Positions 26,741-37,271 of a stretch of 64,000 nt of DNA are shown piece after piece. Every line of letters begins with the position of its first letter. Positions within the stretch are counted from its first letter, which is position 1. A program made the position numbers and the translations under genes. Source of the DNA: an uncultured Chloroflexia bacterium (GTDB taxonomy: Bacteria > Chloroflexota > Limnocylindria > Limnocylindrales > CSP1-4); assembly GCA_963749705.1 (NCBI GenBank), contig CAVVNQ010000002.1, positions 224,001-288,000 of the forward strand, in the 5' to 3' direction. The notes beneath the pieces were generated by a model that saw only the letters and a program-made list of their open reading frames with translations, made no database searches and was not told the DNA's origin.

Positions 26741-29244
26741 GGGTCCCGATGTCCTGGCTGCGGGAGCTCGTCGACATCGACCTCACGCCGGAGCAGCTCG
26801 CGGAACGGCTGACGCTGCTGGGCATGGAGGTCCAGAAGATCGAGCGCTGGGGCGCGGACTGGGAGCAGGTCGTGACGGGCGAGCTGCTCACGGTCGACAA
26901 GCACCCACGAGCGGATCGCCTGTCGCTGACCACGGTCACCCTCGGCGACGGGCGCGAGCCGCTGTCGATCGTGTGCGGGGCGACCAACATCGCCCCGGGC
27001 CAGCGGATCCCGGTCGCGCTGCCGGGCGCGGTCCTGCCGGGCGATCGCCGGATCGAGCGGGCCGAGAAGATGGGCGTCGTGAGCAACGGGATGCTGTGCT
27101 CGGGCGAGGAGCTGCACCTGACCGGCGACGGCGACGGGATCCTGATCCTGCCCGACGACACGCCGCTGGGCGTCCCGCTCGCCGACCTGTACGGCGACGT
27201 GGTGCTCGATGTCGACGTCAAGCCCAATCGCGGCGACGCGCTGTCGATCCTGGGGCTGGCCCGCGAGGTCGCGGCCGCGACCGGGATGCCATTGCCCGAG
27301 CGGGACGAGATCGTGGTTCGCGAAGGCGACGGCCCGTCCACGGCCGATCGACTGGTGGTCGATGTCCGCGACCCCGGGCTGTGCACACGGTTCGTGGGGC
27401 GCTGGGTCAGCGGGGTGACCGTCGGGCCATCCCCGGATCGCGTCCAGATGCGGCTGCTCGCCGCCGGGATGCGACCGATCTCGAACGTCGTCGACGCCTC
27501 GAACTACGTGATGCTGGAGCTGGGCAAGCCGATCCACACGTTCGATGCCGCTCCGGTCGTCGCGGGACCGGATGGACGGGCGGCGATCGTGGTCCGCCGG
27601 GCGGCCGACGGCGAGCGGCTCGAGACGCTCGATCACGTGGACCGCGAGCTGGATCCGGAGACGCTCCTGATCGCCGGCCTCGACGGCCCCCTGGCCATCG
27701 CCGGCGTGATGGGTGGGGCGGCATCCGAGGTCTCCGAGACGACGACCGACGTGATCATCGAGTCGGCCATCTTCGATCCGGTGAGCGTGCGGCGGACCGC
27801 GCGCCGGCACGCGCTGCGGTCGGAGGCAAGCGCCCGGTTCGAGAAGGGCCAGGAACCGCGCCTCGCACGCCTGGGCGCCGACCGGACCGCGGAGCTGGTC
27901 TCCGCGTGGGCGGGTGGGACGGTTGCCGCCGGCCGGATCGACACTGCGCCGGCCGAGCCCGCGCGAGCGCGCGTGGCCTTCCGGCCGGAGCGAGTCAGCC
28001 GGCTGCTCGGCCTGTCGCTGTCGGCTGCGGACCAGCGGGATCTCCTGGGCCGGGTCGGGATCGAGACGGAGGCGCCGCGGGGGGCGGCCCAGGTCGCGGT
28101 CGCCATGGAGCCGGAGCCGCTCCAGGTCGATGCCGCACCGGGCACGTCGCTCCTTGCCATCGTGCCCACCTGGCGGCGGGACATCCTGGTCGAGGCGGAT
28201 GTCGCCGAGGAGGTCGCGCGCGTGCGTGGCTACGAGCTCGTACCGTCGCTCATCCCGGACACGCCGTTGCCGGCCTATCGTCCGTCGCCGCTGGAGGCCC
28301 GGGAGCTCATCCGTGAGACGCTGGCCGGCGCGGGGTTGACCGAGGTGATCACGACCGCGCTGGTGTCGCCGCGGCACATCGAGACGTTCGTGCTCCGGCG
28401 CGAGGTGCCCTCGGTCGACGACCAGCCGCAGCCGGGCGGTGATGCCATCGGCGTGACCAACCCGCTGTCGCGGGACCATTCGCTGCTCCGGCGGAACCTG
28501 CTGGGCAGCCTGCTCGACGTGGTCGGCACGAACCTGCGCCGGGGGACCGAGGACATCGCCGTGTTCGAGGTTGGCAAGGGCTACGCGCGGACCGGCGACG
28601 AGCCCCGCGAGTGGTGGCGCCTCGGGCTGGCGCTCACCGGCGCCGCGGAGCCGCGTGCCTGGAACCGTCCGGATCGTGCGTACGACCTGGACGATGCCAA
28701 GGGCCTGGTCGAGCTGCTCGCCGATCGCCTCGGGCTGGGCCGGCCGGCGTACCTTCCCGAGCGCGACGAGCCGCTGTTCCACCCCGGCCGCTGCGCCCGC
28801 GCCGACGTTCCCGGGCGCCTCGCCGCGATCCTGGGCGAGGCACACCCGGAGCTGGTCGAAGCCTGGGGGCTGCGCACCGGCCAGAGAGTCCTGCTGGCGG
28901 AGATTGCCGTCGACGGGCTCGCAGCCGGCCGACTCAGCCCGGAGCTCGCGTCCACGGTCGGCCGGTTCCCCGAGGTGGACCGCGACCTTGCGGTGGTCGT
29001 GCCCGACGCCACGCCCGCGGCAACGGTGGACCGCCTGCTCGCGACCCACGGCGGCGGCCTGCTCCGCGACGTGCGCCTGTTCGATGTCTACCGGGGAAGC
29101 CCGCTCGGGTCGTCCGAGAAGAGCCTCGCGTTCCGGGTCCGGTTCGGAGCCCCGGATCGGACGCTCACCGAGCCGGAGATCGATGCCGCAGTGGCGGCCA
29201 TGGTCGACGCGCTGGCGTCGATCGGCGGGCGGCTTCGTGCGTGA
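26737..29244 (+). CDS. pheT: Phenylalanine--tRNA ligase beta subunit
   Basis: MRVPMSWLRE, HPRADRL, IVCGATN, KPNRGDALSILG, SNVVDASNYVMLELG, PTWRRD, C-terminal FDX-ACB domain. Confidence 0.97.
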   Translation: MRVPMSWLRELVDIDLTPEQLAERLTLLGMEVQKIERWGADWEQVVTGELLTVDKHPRADRLSLTTVTLGDGREPLSIVCGATNIAPGQRIPVALPGAVLPGDRRIERAEKMGVVSNGMLCSGEELHLTGDGDGILILPDDTPLGVPLADLYGDVVLDVDVKPNRGDALSILGLAREVAAATGMPLPERDEIVVREGDGPSTADRLVVDVRDPGLCTRFVGRWVSGVTVGPSPDRVQMRLLAAGMRPISNVVDASNYVMLELGKPIHTFDAAPVVAGPDGRAAIVVRRAADGERLETLDHVDRELDPETLLIAGLDGPLAIAGVMGGAASEVSETTTDVIIESAIFDPVSVRRTARRHALRSEASARFEKGQEPRLARLGADRTAELVSAWAGGTVAAGRIDTAPAEPARARVAFRPERVSRLLGLSLSAADQRDLLGRVGIETEAPRGAAQVAVAMEPEPLQVDAAPGTSLLAIVPTWRRDILVEADVAEEVARVRGYELVPSLIPDTPLPAYRPSPLEARELIRETLAGAGLTEVITTALVSPRHIETFVLRREVPSVDDQPQPGGDAIGVTNPLSRDHSLLRRNLLGSLLDVVGTNLRRGTEDIAVFEVGKGYARTGDEPREWWRLGLALTGAAEPRAWNRPDRAYDLDDAKGLVELLADRLGLGRPAYLPERDEPLFHPGRCARADVPGRLAAILGEAHPELVEAWGLRTGQRVLLAEIAVDGLAAGRLSPELASTVGRFPEVDRDLAVVVPDATPAATVDRLLATHGGGLLRDVRLFDVYRGSPLGSSEKSLAFRVRFGAPDRTLTEPEIDAAVAAMVDALASIGGRLRA

Positions 29245-29355
29245 CCCGGTGCGGTCGTGGGGTGTATGGCCCATTGCGACCTCGACGAGCACGCTGCTAC
29301 GCTGCGCACGGGGAACCGGCCGACCGGGGTGCGGCCGCCGTCACGAGGTACCTGC

Positions 29356-29943
29356 GTGAACGTCGCTGACTTCCTGCGATCGATCAACCTGTTCGACATC
29401 CTGGTGATCCTGGTCCTGTTCGGGTTCTTCATCGTGGGCTTCATCCAGGGCACCATCCGACGCCTGGTCGGGATTTTGTCGATCGTGTTCTCGTTCTTCT
29501 TCGCGGCCCAGGTCGAGGTCCAGCTGGGCGGCTTCCTGGGCGACAACTGGGACCAGTTCCCCCGCGAGTACGCGGCGATGATCGGGTTCCTGGCGGTGTT
29601 CGTCGCGGCAGTGGTCGCGTTCTCGCTGGTCATCCAGGGCACCTACAAGAAGGCGCCGCTGTGGGTGAAGTACCCGGCGCTCGACGAGGCGATCGGCGGC
29701 GTGCTCGGCGTCGTCCAGGGCTTCCTGCTGCTGATGTTCGTGACGATCATCCTGGACCAGTTCTTCCTGCGCCCGGGCTTCCCCGTGGATCCGGACGAGC
29801 TGCCGTTCCTGCGGGACTTCTGGAACACCGTCAACGGGTCGGGCACGGGGGCGCTCCTGCACCAGACCGTGATCCCCAACTTCATCGCGCTCACGGCGTT
29901 CCTGATCCCCGACTCGGTCAAGCTGCTGTACGGGGTCGGGTGA
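29356..29943 (+). CDS. CvpA (colicin V production) family membrane protein
   Basis: DILVILVLFGFFIVGFIQGTIRRL and LDEAIGGVLGVVQG motifs. GAGG SD before the GTG. Confidence 0.88.
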   Translation: MNVADFLRSINLFDILVILVLFGFFIVGFIQGTIRRLVGILSIVFSFFFAAQVEVQLGGFLGDNWDQFPREYAAMIGFLAVFVAAVVAFSLVIQGTYKKAPLWVKYPALDEAIGGVLGVVQGFLLLMFVTIILDQFFLRPGFPVDPDELPFLRDFWNTVNGSGTGALLHQTVIPNFIALTAFLIPDSVKLLYGVG

Positions 29944-30690
29944 CGGTCGGCTCCGGCGGCGGCGGACCACCGCTCGGGCTCCCGTTCCCACGCCGGCTGC
30001 TGGCCGGCGACACCCTCGAGGCCGCCCGCGCCCTGCTGGGCGCATCGCCTCGTCCGGCTCTCCGAGCCGTCCGCGGGGGCGGATCCCGCGCACGCCACCG
30101 ATCGCACGGCATCTCGGCGTGTGGGACGGATCGTGGAGGTCGAGGCGTACATCGGCGAGGGCGATCGCGCGTCACACGCCCGGATGGGCCGAACCGCCCG
30201 CAACGCCGTGATGTTCGGCGATCCGGGCATCGCGTACGTGTACCTTGTCTACGGGATGTACCACTGCCTCAACGTCGTCACCGAACCGGCCGCACGACCT
30301 GCAGCCGTGCTGATCCGCGCCGTCGAGCCGGTCGCGGGCCTGGAGGCGATGCGGGCGGCGCGCGAGCGGCACGTCCGGCGGAACGCGACCGCCGCGATCG
30401 TGCCCGATGCCCGCCTTGCAGCCGGGCCCGGTCTGGTCACCGCCGCGTTCGACATCGATCGCAGCCACACCGGCATCGACCTGTGCGATCCGGCGTCGGC
30501 CGTCCACCTGGAGCTCGCGCCGCCGACGGAGCCGGCGCCCGAGGTTCTCGCCACCCCGCGGATCGGGATCGCCTACGCGGGGGAGCCGTGGGCAAGCGTC
30601 CCATGGCGGTTCGTCGTCGCGGGCAGCGGCGCGCTCTCGGGCAGAACGGCCGACCGCCGCGCCACGACGAGCGCCGTCAGCTCGTATTGA
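29940..30690 (+). CDS. DNA-3-methyladenine glycosylase (MPG/AAG family); apparent +1 frameshift near 30045
   Basis: [11 protein letters not shown] is in one frame. [45 protein letters not shown] and TPRIGI are in the next frame. Confidence 0.88.
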
Positions 30691-30692
30691 TC

Positions 30693-33110
30693 ATGGACAC
30701 CCGCTCGACCGCCCTGCTCGAGTTCCCGGCCGTCCGGATGCGGCTGGCCGACCACACCTCGTTCCCGCCGTCGCGACGCCTCGCCGAGGCGCTCGAGCCG
30801 TCGGCCGATGTCGTGATCGTCACCCGTGGCCTGGACGAGACCGACCAGGCTCGCCAGCTGCTGCAGGATCGGCCGGGCGTCGGCATCGGGGCCGCCCACG
30901 ACATCGAGCCGTGGATCGGCCGGGCGGCGCGCAGCGGGCGCCTCGAGCCCCAGCACTTCCTCGAGATCGGCGAGACGCTCGATGCGGCGGCGCGGCTGGC
31001 CACGGCCCTTGCCGATGAGCGCCGTCCGCTGCTGCGGGAGCTCGGTCACCGGTTGCATCCGCTGCCCGCGGTCCGCAGCACGCTGGCCCGCAGCTTCGAT
31101 CCGGTGGGTGAGCTGCTGGACACGGCGTCTCCGCGCCTGGGGGGTCTGCGGGCCGCGGTGCGGGTCGCGTACGACCGACTGCGGCGGCGGCTGGACAGCC
31201 TGGTCGGGTCGGAGCTCGGCAGCGCGCTCCAGGAGCCGATCGTCACCCTGCGCAACGGTCGCTACGTGGTGCCCATCCGGGCCGAGGCGAGGAGCAGGGT
31301 CAAGGGCATCGTGCACGACGCATCGGGCAGTGGACAGACGCTGTTCGTGGAGCCGCTCGTGGTCGTGGAGCTGGGCAACGCCTGGCGCGAGGCCCAGTCC
31401 GCCGTCGAGGAGGAGGAGGGCCGGATCCTCGATGAGCTGTCGGCACTGGTCGGCGCGAACGCAACGCTGCTCCGCGAGACGCTCGAGGCGCTCGCGCAGT
31501 TCGACTTCTGGGCGGCCAAGGCGCAGCTGTCGGCCGAGCTCGACGGCGTCCGGCCCGCCCTCGCGGAGCGGACCGAGGTCGAGCTCCTGTCGGCCCGTCA
31601 CCCGGGGTTGACCGGTCGCGTCGTCCCCATCGACCTGCGCCTGGGCGACGGCTATACCGCGCTCGTGATCACCGGGCCCAACACCGGCGGCAAGACCGTG
31701 GCCCTGCGTACGCTGGGGCTCCTGTCGCTGATGCACCAGGCCGGGCTCCACGTCCCGGCGGCAGCCGGGTCGAAGCTGCCGGTGTTCCGCGACGTGTTCG
31801 CGGACATCGGCGACGAGCAGTCGATCGCGCAGTCGCTGTCCACGTTCTCGGGGCACCTGCGGTCGATCATCCGAATCGTCGAGCATGCGGGCCCGGAGAC
31901 GCTGGTGCTGCTCGACGAGCTCGGCGCCGGCACGGACCCGACCGAGGGCTCGGCGCTGGCCCAGGCGCTGCTCGACCACTTCATCCGCTCCGGCGCCCTG
32001 ATCGCCGCAACGACCCACTACGCGGAGATCAAGGTCTACGCCCACGAGACCCCGACCGCGCGCAACGCGTCGGTGGAGTTCGACCTCACGACCCTGTCGC
32101 CGACCTATCGCCTGACGATCGGCCTGCCCGGCGGCAGCCAGGCATTCGCGATCGCGGAGCACCTGGGGCTGCCGGAGGCGATCGTCGCCAACGCGCGCAG
32201 CCGGTTGACCGAGAACGAGCGCGCGTTCGAGGCAACGCTTGCCTCGATCCGGCGCCAGGAGGGCGAGATCGCCGATGCCGTGGAACGTGCCCGGGCCGCG
32301 GACGCTCGGGCGGCCGCGGCGCTTCGGGCGGCCGAGGACGAGCGGCGCCGGGCGCGCCGCGAGCGGGAGGAAGCGGTTGCCGCCGCACGGGCGGAAGCCG
32401 AGCGACTGGTGGCGAGCCTGCGTGACGACGTCGCCGGTGTGCGTCGTCGGCTGGAGCGGGAGACGGTCACCGCGCCGGCGATCGACGCCGCGCTGGCTCG
32501 CGCGGAGAGCGTCCTCGGCCACCTGCCGGAGCCGCTCCCGGCCGTCGAGCCGGCGCAGCCCGCGACGCCCAGGACGTGGCAGCTGGGCGATCGCGCCCGC
32601 AGCCGCAACGGCGGCTGGGAGGGCCGGATCGCGGCCCTCGAGAAGGGCGGCACGCGCGCGACCCTCGAGGCCGGCGGGATGCGCGTCTCGGTTCCGGTGA
32701 GCGACCTCGAGCCACCCCTCGCCGGTGTCTCGCACGACGCCAACGCCGGCGACCCTTTGAGCACCGGCGGTGCCGGCCGCGAACCGGGCTCAGGACGCCG
32801 GTCGACGTCGCACGGGCCAGATGCGTCGGGTTCCGGGACATCCGCGTTGCGGCTGAGCCGGGCGCGAGCCGTCGCATCCTCGCTGGACATCCGGGGCGCT
32901 CGCGTCGACGAGGCGCTGGAGGCGCTGTCGCGCTATCTCGACGACGCGTCGCTGGCGGGTCTCGAGCAGGTGACGGTGATCCACGGGCTGGGCACCGGTG
33001 CCCTGCGCGATGCCGTCCGGGCCGAGGCCGGGTCGCATCCGCTGGTCAGGTCGTTCCGGGCCGGCGAGCGGGGCGAAGGCGGTGACGGCGCCACGATCGT
33101 CAAGCTCTGA
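30693..33110 (+). CDS. mutS2: Endonuclease MutS2 (MutS ATPase, coiled coil, Smr)
   Basis: GIVHDASGSGQTLFVEP, ITGPNTGGKT, DIGDEQSIAQSLSTFSGH, LDELGAGTDPTEG, Smr domain LDIRG...IHGLGTGALR...GEGGDG. Confidence 0.96.
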   Translation: MDTRSTALLEFPAVRMRLADHTSFPPSRRLAEALEPSADVVIVTRGLDETDQARQLLQDRPGVGIGAAHDIEPWIGRAARSGRLEPQHFLEIGETLDAAARLATALADERRPLLRELGHRLHPLPAVRSTLARSFDPVGELLDTASPRLGGLRAAVRVAYDRLRRRLDSLVGSELGSALQEPIVTLRNGRYVVPIRAEARSRVKGIVHDASGSGQTLFVEPLVVVELGNAWREAQSAVEEEEGRILDELSALVGANATLLRETLEALAQFDFWAAKAQLSAELDGVRPALAERTEVELLSARHPGLTGRVVPIDLRLGDGYTALVITGPNTGGKTVALRTLGLLSLMHQAGLHVPAAAGSKLPVFRDVFADIGDEQSIAQSLSTFSGHLRSIIRIVEHAGPETLVLLDELGAGTDPTEGSALAQALLDHFIRSGALIAATTHYAEIKVYAHETPTARNASVEFDLTTLSPTYRLTIGLPGGSQAFAIAEHLGLPEAIVANARSRLTENERAFEATLASIRRQEGEIADAVERARAADARAAAALRAAEDERRRARREREEAVAAARAEAERLVASLRDDVAGVRRRLERETVTAPAIDAALARAESVLGHLPEPLPAVEPAQPATPRTWQLGDRARSRNGGWEGRIAALEKGGTRATLEAGGMRVSVPVSDLEPPLAGVSHDANAGDPLSTGGAGREPGSGRRSTSHGPDASGSGTSALRLSRARAVASSLDIRGARVDEALEALSRYLDDASLAGLEQVTVIHGLGTGALRDAVRAEAGSHPLVRSFRAGERGEGGDGATIVKL

Positions 33111-33133
33111 GGTCGCGGCGACCCGGGCTGCGC

Positions 33134-35860
33134 CTAGGGCCTGGGCGGCGGCGTCGCCTTGGGGCCGCCCGGCCCGTGGGATGCGGTCGGCGCCGGCGTC
33201 GGTTCGGTCGACGGGCACGGCTGGAACGGGTTGAGCGAGAAGCAGATGGTGGGTGACGGCGGCACGACCGTACAGGTCTCGGTCGGCGGGAAGCTGCCGC
33301 CCCAGGTGTGCCCGAAGGGGTAGAAACCGCTGCCGTAGAAGTACTGCGTCGATGTGTGCTTCGGGCCGCCGGCGACCCCCACCCCTCTCGCCGCCCGTTT
33401 CTGCCACGCGATGTCGGCCTTCTGCCATACGGAGAATGCCGGCTCGGCCCGGCTGAAGTCGAGATAGCTCTTGGTGACCATCGGTCCAGCGCACCCGTCC
33501 TGCCACAGCAGGCCGGAGGCCGAATCGATATCGACCGACACCGAAACGTCCGCGGACCGAGTCGGCACGGTCCCGGGCAGGAACAGCTCCTTGACGGTCT
33601 TGGTCGTGGTCGGGCCCGGCAGCATGCCGGTGAAGGCGTCGACCGTGGCCGTCTCGAGCGTCTTGGGCTTGATCCGGCTGAACCCTTCGATCGGCATGCC
33701 CTTCGAGATCTCGGACATGATCGCGGACCACAGGGGCGCCGAGGTGTCGAGCGAGGTGTTGCCCATGACCGAGTTGTCCGAGTTGCCCATCCAGACGCCG
33801 GTCGCAAGCGCGGGCAGCGACGTGTCCGAAGGCGGCGGGAGGAATCCGTAGGCCAGCACGTCGCGGTTGTCCTGGGTCGTGCCCGTCTTGTACGCCGCGG
33901 GCCGCAGCTTGCCGCCGATGCCATCGCCCACGGCCCATTTGGCCCAGAACGGGTTGACGCTCTTGATCGTGTTGCCCGCGAGGATGTCGGTGATCACGAA
34001 CGAGGTCTCGGTCGAGATCACCCGCTTGCCGGTGGGCTTTGCGTCAGTGGCCGGCCAGATCTGCCTGCCGTCGGAATCGATGACCTTGAGGATCGTCCGG
34101 TGCGGGACGAGGACACCGCCGTTCGCGATGGCTCCATAGGCCGAGAGCTCGTCGATCGGATGCACCTCGAGCGTCCCGATGCTCTCGGATGCCACCGGCA
34201 CCGCGCCGGGCGGGAAGGTGAGCCCGAAGTCCTGCATCCGCCGGAACTCGTGGTCGAGGCCGTTGATGAACCCGGCCTTCACGGCAGGCACGTTGAGCGA
34301 GAACTGGAGCGCGTTCCGCAGCCGAACCGGACCACGCTCGCGGCCATCCGCCTGCGTGGGGGTATAGGCCTTGGCTCCGCTGGGCGCGAAGTTGGTGACA
34401 ACATCCATGAACATCGTGGCGGCGGTCATGGTCCGGTCCTCGATCCCGATCGAGTACACGACGGGCTTGATCGAGGAGCCGGGCTGCCGCCAGCCATCCG
34501 CGAGGACGTCGTACTGCGGCTGGAACTGCCGGTAGCCCTTGGCGGTGTAGGACGCCGACCCCGCATACGCCAGGATGTCGCCCGTCCGATAGTCGATCAC
34601 GCTGGCGGCCGCGTTGTTGACCTTCTGGCCGCGCAGCTTGTCGATCCAGGACCATTGGCTCTTCGGGATCTTGAGCGCCGTCAGCGTCTTGCTGACCGTC
34701 TGCGACTTGTTCTGCTTGGTGATGTTGGGGGCGATGGCCGCGGCGTAGACCCACTTCTCGACGGTCTTCTGCATGGTGTAGTTGAGCGTGCTGATGACGG
34801 TGTAGCCGCCGGTGTCGATCGGCTCGCACTGCGTCGACCCGCACAGGATCTGGCCCAGCTCGTCGCGCACCTGCCACACGAACTGCGGCGCGCGCCACTG
34901 CTCGGCCGCCTGCGAGGCGAGGATCACCGGCTCCGCCTTGGCCGCCTCGTAGTCGGCGTCGGTGTACTCGCCCTTGGTCAGGACGCTTCGGGTCTTCATC
35001 AGGTCGAGGATGAAGTTGCGGCGCTGGACGATCTCCGTGTTCGGCGGCACGACCAGGCGCGTCTGCTCGTTGCCGTTGTCGTCGGTGTATGTCTCCTCGA
35101 CGGCGTTCTTGACGAGGTCGAACTTGGTGGGGGACTGGGGGATGCCCGCCAGGAGCGCCATCTGCGCGAGCGTCAGGTCCTTGAGGTCCTTGTGCCAGTA
35201 GCTCTGAGCCGCGGCCTGGACGCCATAGCTCCGATTGCCATAGAAGTTCTGGTTGAGGTACTTCTCCATGATCAGCTCTTTGCCGGCCTGGCCCGGATAG
35301 GCCTCGGTCAGCCTGATCGACTGGATGATCTCCTTGGCCTTGCGCTCGTAGATGCTGCCCTGGAAGGCGCTCGCGGGAAGGAGCCGTGTGCGGACGAGCT
35401 GCTGGGTGATCGTGGAGCCGCCGCGGTCCCGGCCGTTGACGGTGTCGATGGCGGCGGACAGGAAGCCCAGCGGGTCGAAGCCCGCGTTGTCCCAGAACGT
35501 CTTGTCCTCGACGGACGTCGTCGCATCGACCAGCGTCGGCGGGATCTGATCGAACGTGACCACGACGCGGCGATCGTCGCCCAGCCGCGCGAGGACGGTC
35601 GTGCCGTCCCGGTCGTAGACGGTGGTCTGCTGGGTGAACGTGATCGCGTCGAGCGTCGATTTGGGATCCTGGAGGTCGCGCGCGAGGTAGGAGTACCCGG
35701 CGACCGCGCCGGCCGAGCCGACGAGGCCCAGCAGCATCAGGGTGCCAAACAGGAACACGGGAAGCGCGGCGGCCGCAGTGCGAGCGGCTCCGCTGCCGCG
35801 GGAACGGCGCTTGCTGCCTAACCGGCGTTGGCGCTGCCTCCGCGCGAGGCTGGTTTGCAT
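33134..35860 (-). CDS. Class A penicillin-binding protein (GT51 transglycosylase plus transpeptidase)
   Basis: N-terminal TM, EDKTFW, GGSTITQQL, YLNQNFYG, RQPGSSIKP (SxxK), SLN, KTGTT. Confidence 0.94.
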   Translation of the reverse strand: MQTSLARRQRQRRLGSKRRSRGSGAARTAAAALPVFLFGTLMLLGLVGSAGAVAGYSYLARDLQDPKSTLDAITFTQQTTVYDRDGTTVLARLGDDRRVVVTFDQIPPTLVDATTSVEDKTFWDNAGFDPLGFLSAAIDTVNGRDRGGSTITQQLVRTRLLPASAFQGSIYERKAKEIIQSIRLTEAYPGQAGKELIMEKYLNQNFYGNRSYGVQAAAQSYWHKDLKDLTLAQMALLAGIPQSPTKFDLVKNAVEETYTDDNGNEQTRLVVPPNTEIVQRRNFILDLMKTRSVLTKGEYTDADYEAAKAEPVILASQAAEQWRAPQFVWQVRDELGQILCGSTQCEPIDTGGYTVISTLNYTMQKTVEKWVYAAAIAPNITKQNKSQTVSKTLTALKIPKSQWSWIDKLRGQKVNNAAASVIDYRTGDILAYAGSASYTAKGYRQFQPQYDVLADGWRQPGSSIKPVVYSIGIEDRTMTAATMFMDVVTNFAPSGAKAYTPTQADGRERGPVRLRNALQFSLNVPAVKAGFINGLDHEFRRMQDFGLTFPPGAVPVASESIGTLEVHPIDELSAYGAIANGGVLVPHRTILKVIDSDGRQIWPATDAKPTGKRVISTETSFVITDILAGNTIKSVNPFWAKWAVGDGIGGKLRPAAYKTGTTQDNRDVLAYGFLPPPSDTSLPALATGVWMGNSDNSVMGNTSLDTSAPLWSAIMSEISKGMPIEGFSRIKPKTLETATVDAFTGMLPGPTTTKTVKELFLPGTVPTRSADVSVSVDIDSASGLLWQDGCAGPMVTKSYLDFSRAEPAFSVWQKADIAWQKRAARGVGVAGGPKHTSTQYFYGSGFYPFGHTWGGSFPPTETCTVVPPSPTICFSLNPFQPCPSTEPTPAPTASHGPGGPKATPPPRP

Positions 35861-35887
35861 TGCGGGCGGAACGATACCATGCGGGGA

Positions 35888-35959
35888 ATGGAAGCCCGAA
35901 CCCCCCATCCGGGCCGGAGCGTGGACGTCTCCGGGTCCTCGCCTGTGACGGTCCGATGA
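35888..35959 (+). CDS. Candidate leaderless 23-aa upstream ORF coupled to tyrS (MEARTPHPGRSVDVSGSSPVTVR)
   Basis: ATG lies 7 nt after TACCAT (35875-35880), and its TGA overlaps the tyrS ATG (ATGA). tyrS has no obvious SD. Confidence 0.35.
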   Translation: MEARTPHPGRSVDVSGSSPVTVR

Positions 35960-37266
35960 GCGAGCAGCCTCCGCACGACCCGCCTCGCGGGCTGCCGGGC
36001 CTGCTGCCAGAGCTCGAGTGGCGCGGGATCCTTCACGCCACCACGCCCGGTGTGGCGGCGCGCCTCGCCACGGGCCGGCCGATCGCCGCGTACAACGGGT
36101 TCGACCCGTCGGCGGACTCGCTCCACGTCGGCCACCTGATCCCGATCCTCGGCCTCGTGCGCCTCCAGCAGCGTGGCGGACGACCGGTGGCCCTGGTCGG
36201 CGGCGGCACCGGGATGATCGGAGATCCGTCTGGCCGCTCCAGCGAGCGCAACCTCCTCGACCTGCCGACCCTCGAGCACAACGTGGCCGCGATGCGGCGC
36301 CAGCTCGAGCAGTTCCTGGACTTCACGCCCGGGCCTGCCCAGGCATCGATGGTCAACAACCTCGAATGGCTGGGCCGCCTGTCGCTGATCGACTACCTGC
36401 GCGACGTGGGCAAGCACTTCACGATCCCGTACATGCTGGCCAAGGACTCCGTGCAGCAGCGCCTCGACCGTGGCCTCTCGTTCACGGAGTTCAGCTACAT
36501 GACGCTCCAGGCCTTCGACTTCGCGACCCTGTACCGGGAGCACGGCGTCGAGATGCAGATGGGCGGGGCCGACCAGTGGGGGAACATCACGGCCGGTCTT
36601 GAGCTGATCCGCAGGACGAGCGGCGACACCGCCGATGAGAGCCCGGCCCACGGGATCGCGTACAAGCTGCTGCTGTCGCCGTCGGGCGCCAAGTTCGGCA
36701 AGAGCGTGGGCGGCGACTCGGTGTGGCTGGACCCGGCTCGCACCAGCCCCTACGCCTTCTACCAGTACTGGGTCCAGCTCGACGACCGCGACGCATCGGT
36801 GTACATGCGCTGGTTCACGACCTGGGAGCGCGAGGAGATCGAGGCGCTGGATGCGGAGATCGAGGCGCATCCGGAGCGACGCGAGGCGCAGCGGCGGCTC
36901 GCGTTCGACGTCACCGCGCGCGTGCACGGCGAGGATGCGGCGCGGGATGCGGAGCGGCAGAGCCAGAGCGCGTTCAGCCGCGACCTGTCCGTGCTGTCGT
37001 TCGACGATCTGGTCGCCATGCGGGCGCAGGTGCCGGCGTTTGCGCTCGGCCGCGAGGAGCTCGCCAACGCGATGGCGGCGTCGATCGGCTCGAACACCTA
37101 TGCGTCCAAGGGCGAGGCGCGGCGTGCGATGGCCGGGGGCGGGTTCTACGTGAACAACGTGCGCATCACCGACCCCGATGCCCCGCTGCCCGAGCCGCTC
37201 CACGGCCGGTTCTGGGTCGTGCGCGCCGGCAAGAAGAACGTCCGGCTGGTCGAGCCCCGGGAGTAG
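35956..37266 (+). CDS. tyrS: Tyrosine--tRNA ligase
   Basis: GFDPSADSLHVGH, GMIGDPSG, SFTEFSY, GGADQWGNI, KFGKS, C-terminal S4-like domain. Confidence 0.98.
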   Translation: MSEQPPHDPPRGLPGLLPELEWRGILHATTPGVAARLATGRPIAAYNGFDPSADSLHVGHLIPILGLVRLQQRGGRPVALVGGGTGMIGDPSGRSSERNLLDLPTLEHNVAAMRRQLEQFLDFTPGPAQASMVNNLEWLGRLSLIDYLRDVGKHFTIPYMLAKDSVQQRLDRGLSFTEFSYMTLQAFDFATLYREHGVEMQMGGADQWGNITAGLELIRRTSGDTADESPAHGIAYKLLLSPSGAKFGKSVGGDSVWLDPARTSPYAFYQYWVQLDDRDASVYMRWFTTWEREEIEALDAEIEAHPERREAQRRLAFDVTARVHGEDAARDAERQSQSAFSRDLSVLSFDDLVAMRAQVPAFALGREELANAMAASIGSNTYASKGEARRAMAGGGFYVNNVRITDPDAPLPEPLHGRFWVVRAGKKNVRLVEPRE

Positions 37267-37271
37267 CCGCC

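Noticed and set aside
29661-33110. 1149-aa extended MutS2, or an MPG-MutS2 fusion
   Set aside because: The upstream part is the out-of-frame reading of cvpA and mpg, created partly by the frameshift near 30045. MutS2 starts at ATG 30693.
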